Part shown: piece after piece, positions 58,669 to 64,000 of the stretch
How positions within the stretch are numbered: position 1 is the first letter of the stretch
Layout of the letters: every line of letters begins with the position of its first letter
Assembly (NCBI GenBank): GCA_030591525.1
Contig: JAUVAV010000008.1
Span: 15,839-79,838 of the forward strand
Length of the DNA: 64,000 bases
Source: a candidate division FCPU426 bacterium
GTDB taxonomy: Bacteria > Oederibacteriota > JAAXVQ01 > JAUVAV01
Direction: 5' to 3'
Notes under the pieces: generated by a model
What the model was told of the DNA's origin: nothing
The model's input: the letters and a program-made list of their open reading frames with translations, nothing else
Database searches by the model: none
Position numbers and translations under genes: made by a program

Positions 58669-60507
58669 TTATAAATACCCGCCGCGCTTGGCGGTTTTTG
58701 TCCTGGCCAGGTTCAGAGCTTCCATTTTCTGATTATAGGTATAGATAACATCATGCTTAGTCAGCAACCCTCTGAGCTCGCCATGCTCGTTTTCCAGCAC
58801 CGGCAGTTCATCCATGCCGTATTGCGAAAACATCGTAATCGCCTGTTGCAGATTCTCATGCGGGGTAATAAAGGGGAAGTCGGTCTTGGCCACATCCGCG
58901 GCTATTACCAGGTTGAGATCCAAGTTTCCTTCAAAAAGCACTTCGCGCAAATCATCAAAGTAAATCATGCTGGTCACCAGGTTTTCCTGGTCAACCACGG
59001 GCACGGAATTCTGCTTGCGTCCGCTCATCAGTTTCAGCATTTCCGCGAGGGGGGTCACGGCTCTTATGCTGATTGGCCGGCTTTCCATAACCTTGGTATC
59101 CCGCAATGACAGGCCGGCTAAGAGGTCGATAATGAAATCCCCGCGGTGGGCGGGCGAATCAATCGTGCTTAAAGCCTGCTTTTCATACAGGCTGAAATGC
59201 CGGGTGAAAAGCACGGCAATGGCCGATACCAGCATCATGGGCACCAACAGTCCATAATCTCCCGTCATTTCCGAAACCATAATCAGGCTGGCTATCGGCA
59301 CCTTGGCGACTCCGGCAAAAAAGCCGCCCATGCCCACTATGACCATGGCGGTTGGATCTGGAACGAACTTCGGCGGTAAAATATCCGCGAGCAACATGCC
59401 GGTGGCTCCTCCCAGCATGGCTCCTATGAATAAAGAAGGAGCGAAGACGCCGCCTGATCCGCCGGAGCTGATGGTAAATGAGGTAGCGAATATTTTGCCC
59501 GCGACCAAAAGCAACATAAGCGAAATGGCCAGCTTGTGTTCCATGGCCTGCTGAATAAACTGATAACCGCCGCCCCATACCTGGGGAAGTGCAAGCACCA
59601 GCAGACCCAGCAGAAGACCGCCTAAAGCAGGCTTGGACCAGGCTGGGATAGGCAACGGCTTGAAAAACCGGTCCCGCATCCCATAAAATAATTTAATATA
59701 AACAATGCCGGCCAGCACGCAGAGCAAGCCCAGCACGGTATAGGCGAGCAACTCCTCGGCGCGCTCAAACCGCAAGGGCGGAATGTTAAAAAGCCGCTCC
59801 TGCCCCACCAGCCGGGTATATAATGAATAAGCGGTCAGGGAGGCAATGACGCTGGGAATCAGGGCCTCGGTTTCCAATTCGTGATTGCGGTAAAGCACCT
59901 CGGTGGTAAAAATCGCGCCGCCCAAGGGAGCCTGGAAAATTGCGGATATGCCCGCGGCCGCGCCTGCCAAAACCATGAGCCGCCGGTCCTTTACCGGGAC
60001 TTTAAGCAGCTTCCCCAGCAAAGATCCAAAACCCGCGCCAATCTGGGCAATGGGCCCTTCGCGGCCGGCCGAGCCGCCGGTTCCTATAACGGCCGCCGAG
60101 GCCAGCGTCTTAATGATTGGTACGCGGACCCTGATGTGTCCGCGATTATGATGAAAACTGTGAATGACTGCATCAGTTCCATGCCCCTCAGCCTCGGGCG
60201 CGCCAAAATATACCAGCAGGCCTGAAACCACTCCTCCGATTACCGGAATTAAAGGCACGAGCCACCATCCGGGGGCCTTAATCAAGGGCATGAAATGTCC
60301 GGGAAGATGTGCGGCCTGCGGAACTATATTGTAAAGCAATCCTTCGGTAAAGACGCCTCGGGAGAAATTTAAACAGAGCATAAAAATCCAGGCTCCCAGG
60401 CCTCCCACCAGGCCGATTAATATTCCATAAAAGATCCATTTTCCTATAACATTAATCTCTATTTTCTGCATGGCTTTCCGGAATTTTATAAAAATATCGT
60501 TAATCAT
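58669..60507 (-). CDS. ClC-family voltage-gated chloride channel/transporter with C-terminal tandem CBS domains
   Basis: It has the selectivity-filter motifs GSGIP-like, GREGP (GREGPIAQIG) and GxFxP (GGVFAPSLFIG). It is 612 aa with a CBS pair in the last ~150 aa. Confidence 0.85.
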   Translation of the reverse strand: MINDIFIKFRKAMQKIEINVIGKWIFYGILIGLVGGLGAWIFMLCLNFSRGVFTEGLLYNIVPQAAHLPGHFMPLIKAPGWWLVPLIPVIGGVVSGLLVYFGAPEAEGHGTDAVIHSFHHNRGHIRVRVPIIKTLASAAVIGTGGSAGREGPIAQIGAGFGSLLGKLLKVPVKDRRLMVLAGAAAGISAIFQAPLGGAIFTTEVLYRNHELETEALIPSVIASLTAYSLYTRLVGQERLFNIPPLRFERAEELLAYTVLGLLCVLAGIVYIKLFYGMRDRFFKPLPIPAWSKPALGGLLLGLLVLALPQVWGGGYQFIQQAMEHKLAISLMLLLVAGKIFATSFTISSGGSGGVFAPSLFIGAMLGGATGMLLADILPPKFVPDPTAMVIVGMGGFFAGVAKVPIASLIMVSEMTGDYGLLVPMMLVSAIAVLFTRHFSLYEKQALSTIDSPAHRGDFIIDLLAGLSLRDTKVMESRPISIRAVTPLAEMLKLMSGRKQNSVPVVDQENLVTSMIYFDDLREVLFEGNLDLNLVIAADVAKTDFPFITPHENLQQAITMFSQYGMDELPVLENEHGELRGLLTKHDVIYTYNQKMEALNLARTKTAKRGGYL

Positions 60508-60583
60508 CGCTTTTCTCTCACCATTTTTATTTCTGGTAATCCAGATGCTCGCAACGCGTCCGGACAGCGGTTTCCACGCCGGG

Positions 60584-61618
60584 TTAAACCACGACTTTCA
60601 ATGCCCGGGCTACCACCTTGATTTTCAGCGGCATACGGCCAAAATAGTCGCCGTCTATCTGGACATGCTGTTTCCGGTCCAGCACTTCAATTTTTCGGCA
60701 CTGTGAATATTCCACGTCCAGAAATTTGCCCAAGGCTCCGAGACGCAAACCCCAAAAGTAGGCCAAAAAACTGAAAAACCCCCGCTTTTTAAAAACACAG
60801 ACGTCCAACAAACCATCCTGCATATTCGCGTGGGGCAGGAGCACCGTATTGCCGCCGTAATACTTGATGTTTCCGATGATTAATAAATAACCTCTTTGAA
60901 TCGGCGCCTGGCCGTCAATCCGGAAATGCACATGTCGAAACGGGTACACAAATAAGCTGGCAACTCCGGCCACCAGGTAGGCCAGGGCCCCGATGATTTT
61001 TTTGAGCTTCCAATCAGTCTGTTTGATTACAAACGCATCAAAACCTACGCCCGTCCAGCAGGTAAAATACCGATTATCGACCTTTCCCAGATCAATGGTG
61101 ATTTGTCTGCCCTGGGCGATTCGCTGACAGGCGCCCGGTAAATCAGCGGGAATTTTCATTTGCAGGCCGAAGATGTTCGCGGTTCCGGTAGGGATGACTC
61201 CCATGGCGGTTTGGGAACCTGCCAGTCCGTTGGCAACGGCATTGATTGTACCGTCCCCCCCGGCCACAATAACCAGAGCATAATTTTCCCGGGCGCAATA
61301 ACGGGCCATGGCCGTGGCGGCAGCAGGCGACATGATCGTAGCCGGTTCAGGATCAATGCCGTGGACTTGAAGTTGTTTGAGGATTTTCCTCAGGTGTTCT
61401 CCCGGGCGAGTGATCTTGAACAACCGTTTTTTCTTATCGGGGAATAATAAATTCGAAAAAAGCGGCAGGATCAATCCCGAGCCGGATCGGGGATTAAAGA
61501 TCAGCTTTATTTTCGAGCTCTTCTTGGCCGCAGGGGATCCGGATTTGCGGCGAGGAGAAGATTTATGAATAATTTTTTTTTTGATCGGTTTTTTTTCTAA
61601 CATATTCATCTCCTGCAA
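60584..61618 (-). CDS. Diacylglycerol-kinase catalytic-domain lipid kinase (YegS/BmrU/DagK family) with a Lys-rich N-terminal tail
   Basis: DAGK_cat motifs are present (LIFNPRSGSG ... VIVAGGDGTINAVANGL). The N-terminal 40 aa are K/S-rich. Confidence 0.75.
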   Translation of the reverse strand: MQEMNMLEKKPIKKKIIHKSSPRRKSGSPAAKKSSKIKLIFNPRSGSGLILPLFSNLLFPDKKKRLFKITRPGEHLRKILKQLQVHGIDPEPATIMSPAAATAMARYCARENYALVIVAGGDGTINAVANGLAGSQTAMGVIPTGTANIFGLQMKIPADLPGACQRIAQGRQITIDLGKVDNRYFTCWTGVGFDAFVIKQTDWKLKKIIGALAYLVAGVASLFVYPFRHVHFRIDGQAPIQRGYLLIIGNIKYYGGNTVLLPHANMQDGLLDVCVFKKRGFFSFLAYFWGLRLGALGKFLDVEYSQCRKIEVLDRKQHVQIDGDYFGRMPLKIKVVARALKVVV

Positions 61619-61657
61619 TCCAGATGCTCCTAATACGTCGAGTTCGTTTAGTTAGTT

Positions 61658-61792
61658 TAGGAGTTTGAGCATTTAGTCGGTTTTTTGAGAGTAGATAGTA
61701 GAAAGTAGACCGCATCTGAGATGTTTTATCTAATTTCTACTCTCGAATCTCAAATGCTCTGGGGCCTGAGCAACTAATTGCTCAGGCTCCCA
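61658..61792. repeat. Family C miniature inverted-repeat element immediately 5' of the lipid-kinase gene
   Basis: It has the same terminal inverted repeats and core as the other copies, with a few substitutions. Confidence 0.85.
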
Positions 61793-61842
61793 GGCAAGCG
61801 GGACATACTTAATTTAAGATTCTGCTGCAAAACTCCCTAGAA

Positions 61843-61934
61843 GTCATTGCGAGCGACCGTAGGGAGCGCGGCAATCTGATTTTATCCTTATAAAATCGAG
61901 ATTGCTTCGTCGCTACCGCTCCTCGCAAAGACAG
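61843..61934. repeat. Family A-like inverted-repeat element (GTCATTGCGAGCGACC... / ...CCTCGCAAAGACA) nested in a longer inverted repeat (GATTCTGCTGCAAAAC ... GTTTTGCAGCAGAATC, 61818-61957)
   Basis: Read directly from the sequence. The six-frame ORF 61809-62114 lies inside it and is treated as spurious. Confidence 0.7.
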
Positions 61935-62076
61935 CAAAAAGGGTTTTGCAGCAGAATCATTTTTCAGCTTAATAAATAATAACTTAAGAGCGCTGAAAAA
62001 CAAAATTAAGCGGTGTTCTCCCTTCCGGGAGTTGGTGAAGTCAAGGTATACAAAGCAGGGTATCCCGCTTGGTCGA

Positions 62077-62790
62077 TTATGTAAAATATTTTTGTATGTC
62101 CAAAACCGTGACATAAATAATTATGCCAAAAAGCAGCAACAGACCGGCCAGTGTAACTGGAATTTGCCAACGCGGCACGCTGGGATGAATTTTTTCCAAA
62201 AGGTACAGCATAATTTTACCGCCATCCAGACCGGGAATCGGCAATAAATTTAGAACCGCTAAATTGAGACTTATAATAATTGTAAACCACAAAGCTTTTC
62301 CCATATCCGCGGCAATAAAATCCGCGCCTTGCGAAACAATCCCTACTATGCCGCTGAGTTGACCGGGGTGGGTAAACAAAAGCGGCAGGGACATGATAAT
62401 GTGATTAAACTGAAGAATCGTTTGGGACCAGGGATGGATAAACAGCCCGGCTAAAGTCATTCCTTCCTGGATAAAATTCACAACGCTAAAAAGCAGGACG
62501 GGTAATATCAGGTTAGCGAGCGGACCCCCGAGCGCAAATATCATGCGGCGACGTATCGGAATTTTAAAATATTCGGTTTCGGATGCCAGGGCCGGCAATA
62601 CATACCCGCCTAAAGGAATCCAGGAAATCCTAAATTCCGTCTCCCCGATTTTTCTCGACATAAGTTTGGGGCCAAACCCGATCGAAAAAACAGCTATGGG
62701 GATTTTCATAATTCGTCCGGCGATTAAATGTCCAATTTCATGCACCAATATCAAAATTCCGATAATGAAAATAATTATCAGGTAGTGCAT
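62077..62790 (-). CDS. Site-2-protease family zinc metalloprotease (peptidase M50), short form without a PDZ domain
   Basis: HExxH lies in the first TM helix (LVHEIGHLIAG). A second conserved region (NLAVLNLLPIPGLDGG) is present. It is a 237-aa polytopic membrane protein. Confidence 0.75.
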   Translation of the reverse strand: MHYLIIIFIIGILILVHEIGHLIAGRIMKIPIAVFSIGFGPKLMSRKIGETEFRISWIPLGGYVLPALASETEYFKIPIRRRMIFALGGPLANLILPVLLFSVVNFIQEGMTLAGLFIHPWSQTILQFNHIIMSLPLLFTHPGQLSGIVGIVSQGADFIAADMGKALWFTIIISLNLAVLNLLPIPGLDGGKIMLYLLEKIHPSVPRWQIPVTLAGLLLLFGIIIYVTVLDIQKYFT

Positions 62791-62833
62791 GCTGCCTCCT
62801 TTTTTATAGCTTCTCCATTTTTTTCTTTTGGCT

Positions 62834-63688
62834 CTAATTTATCGGCGGCCAATTTCCTTGGCGCACCGCCTGCTCAAAATCACTTGCCAGGTCGTGGAAA
62901 GATATTTTAAATGCAGCCAAAAACAGGGCTTTATGCTGTTCCGGCTTCTGGTTGGTTTTCCTGACATACTCCAGAACTGTCTTCTGGCTAAACCGGTGGA
63001 TGAGATAACTGAAAAAATATCCATATTCCGCATAGCGAAACCTGTGCCGTTTCTCAATTGGTATTTTTTCGGCCTCGCGCTCGTCCCCAATGCGAAACAA
63101 GTAGCCTTCCTCCAGGGCTAATTTACGGAACTCCTCCGGGCCGGGGTAGTCGGAAGCATTCCCGAAATACACTGCCACGCCTTCATCCAGCCAACCCAGT
63201 TCACGACTGATATGGAAGTAAGCCTGTAGCAAGTTGGTATTCTGATAACGAATCGCGTGGGAAAGCTCGTGTTTTAGCAGATTCCTGAGATTCCGGCCCG
63301 AATCCTTGAGTCCGGGCGAGAAATAAATCACTGTTCCGGTTGCTATTGCGCATGCCAAGGGACCGCCGGGACGCAGCCCCAGGGAACTTAACCGGCCCCT
63401 TTGGAATAGTCCCCAGGAATTGCAAAAAATAATCTTGATCCTGCCTTGAAACTCCAAGCCGTGGAACTCCTCTGCTTCGGACATTATTTCTTCTATCCCG
63501 ATACCTTTGCTCGGACAAATTGTATAGACCGGGAAATAGACCGAGGCCCGGGAAAACGCCTGCTTAACATAGCCGATTTTAATGGGAGACCAAGGGAAAA
63601 GCGGCCCGGAAAGGAAAGCCATACATATCAGGGTAATAATCAATAAAAGCAAAACTTTTAAGATCATCTTCCATGGCTTTTTAGTCAT
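62834..63688 (-). CDS. Membrane-anchored putative zinc metallopeptidase (HExxH, LKHELSHAI) of unknown family
   Basis: It has an N-terminal TM anchor (ILKVLLLLIITLICMAFL) and a single HExxH motif followed by a downstream Glu (..LDEGVAVYFG). Confidence 0.4.
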   Translation of the reverse strand: MTKKPWKMILKVLLLLIITLICMAFLSGPLFPWSPIKIGYVKQAFSRASVYFPVYTICPSKGIGIEEIMSEAEEFHGLEFQGRIKIIFCNSWGLFQRGRLSSLGLRPGGPLACAIATGTVIYFSPGLKDSGRNLRNLLKHELSHAIRYQNTNLLQAYFHISRELGWLDEGVAVYFGNASDYPGPEEFRKLALEEGYLFRIGDEREAEKIPIEKRHRFRYAEYGYFFSYLIHRFSQKTVLEYVRKTNQKPEQHKALFLAAFKISFHDLASDFEQAVRQGNWPPIN

Positions 63689-63740
63689 GACGCCTCCTAC
63701 ACCGTTCCGGGGTTCCCTTTGGGGGATAAAATCAATATTT

Positions 63741-64000
63741 TCAGTGTCCTCGTTTGTGGGCCAGGGCGTAAACCTCGGCCCGGGGCAGACCTCTCTCCCT
63801 GGCCGCTCTGGCCACGGCCTGGTTTAGGGTCAGTCCCTCGGCTTGTAAATTACCGAGATGATCGTGAAGTCTCTCGGGAAACTCCGTCCCGGATTTGCCG
63901 CCTCCGGCAATTACCAAGGTATACTCTCCGCGGGCCGGCTTCTCCCTGGCAGTGGCAACAAGTTCGGATAACCGGCCTTTTAAAAACTCTTCATGGATTT
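63741..64000 (-). CDS. rsmI: 16S rRNA (cytidine1402-2'-O)-methyltransferase, C-terminal ~86 aa (5' part beyond the window)
   Basis: The reverse-strand translation ..IHEEFLKGRLSELVATAREKPARGEYTLVIAGG...LTLNQAVARAARERGLPRAEVYALAHKRGH* matches the RsmI C-terminal region. It is not in the ORF track because no start lies inside the window. Confidence 0.55.
   Translation of the reverse strand, partial: IHEEFLKGRLSELVATAREKPARGEYTLVIAGGGKSGTEFPERLHDHLGNLQAEGLTLNQAVARAARERGLPRAEVYALAHKRGH

Noticed and set aside
45685-61792. Possible CRISPR array suggested by the many near-identical ~135-bp repeats
   Set aside because: The repeats are ~135 bp, not 24-48 bp. They are separated by whole genes of 0.8-8 kb rather than short unique spacers. 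They have terminal inverted repeats, and no cas genes are nearby. They behave as a MITE-like element, not a CRISPR array.
61809-62114. 101-aa minus-strand ORF upstream of the M50 protease gene
   Set aside because: It coincides with the long inverted repeat/family A element at 61818-61957 and has no coding signature.
1-64000. tRNA, rRNA or tmRNA genes
   Set aside because: I scanned the larger intergenic gaps (920-1083, 10425-10747, 17044-17261, 17718-17976, 22410-22578, 26796-27124, 28100-28571, 42583-42903). None showed cloverleaf-like acceptor/T-arm pairing or rRNA signature sequences. tRNAscan-SE or Infernal would be needed for certainty.

Overview
This is a 64 kb bacterial chromosomal window of about 50% GC, probably from an uncultivated lineage. 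Genes are tightly packed, many are co-directional with overlapping start/stop codons, and intergenic spacers are full of small repeats bounded by inverted repeats. Recognisable core content is as follows. (1) The 3' end of bioA, followed by bioF, a bioG-like esterase and bioC. (2) A HEPN/MNT toxin-antitoxin-like pair and yqeK. (3) A CUT1-type sugar ABC transporter (binding protein plus two permeases); one permease carries a long Pro/Glu-rich N-terminal extension. (4) A comFB-like gene and a CheY-like response regulator. (5) The classic rplU-rpmA-obg-proB-proA-nadD operon. (6) An exbB-exbD-exbD-tonB-TonB-dependent-receptor module. (7) ywbE-like, hrpB, a beta-carbonic anhydrase, crcB with its DUF190 partner, a peroxiredoxin, and a secreted metallophosphoesterase with a T9SS-like C-terminal sorting domain. 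(8) A complete Pho locus: OprO/P-like porin, pstSCAB, phoU, phoB, phoR. (9) An all-minus-strand cluster ending in a giant ~2800-aa multidomain membrane protein, preceded by a PHP-GT4 glycosyltransferase fusion, a TIM-barrel sugar-phosphate isomerase/epimerase-like protein, a ClC channel, a DagK-like lipid kinase, an M50 protease, an HExxH protease and the 3' end of rsmI. Accessory content includes a 3.5 kb island bounded by 72-bp direct repeats and inserted at the phoR stop codon. It carries an IS91-like transposase pseudogene, a CheR-like methyltransferase and a cytoplasmic trypsin-like protease. There is also a small defence-like islet with a four-helix-bundle protein, a RhuM remnant and a 431-aa protein with a PD-(D/E)xK-like motif. 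Three families of miniature inverted-repeat elements were found: a ~135-bp element with 20-bp terminal inverted repeats, two 'GTCATTCCG...' hairpin elements, and a family of GTAGGGGC/GCCCCTAC palindromes. No rRNA, tRNA or CRISPR array was recognised. All calls rest on reading the six-frame translations and the nucleotide sequence by eye; no database search was run.
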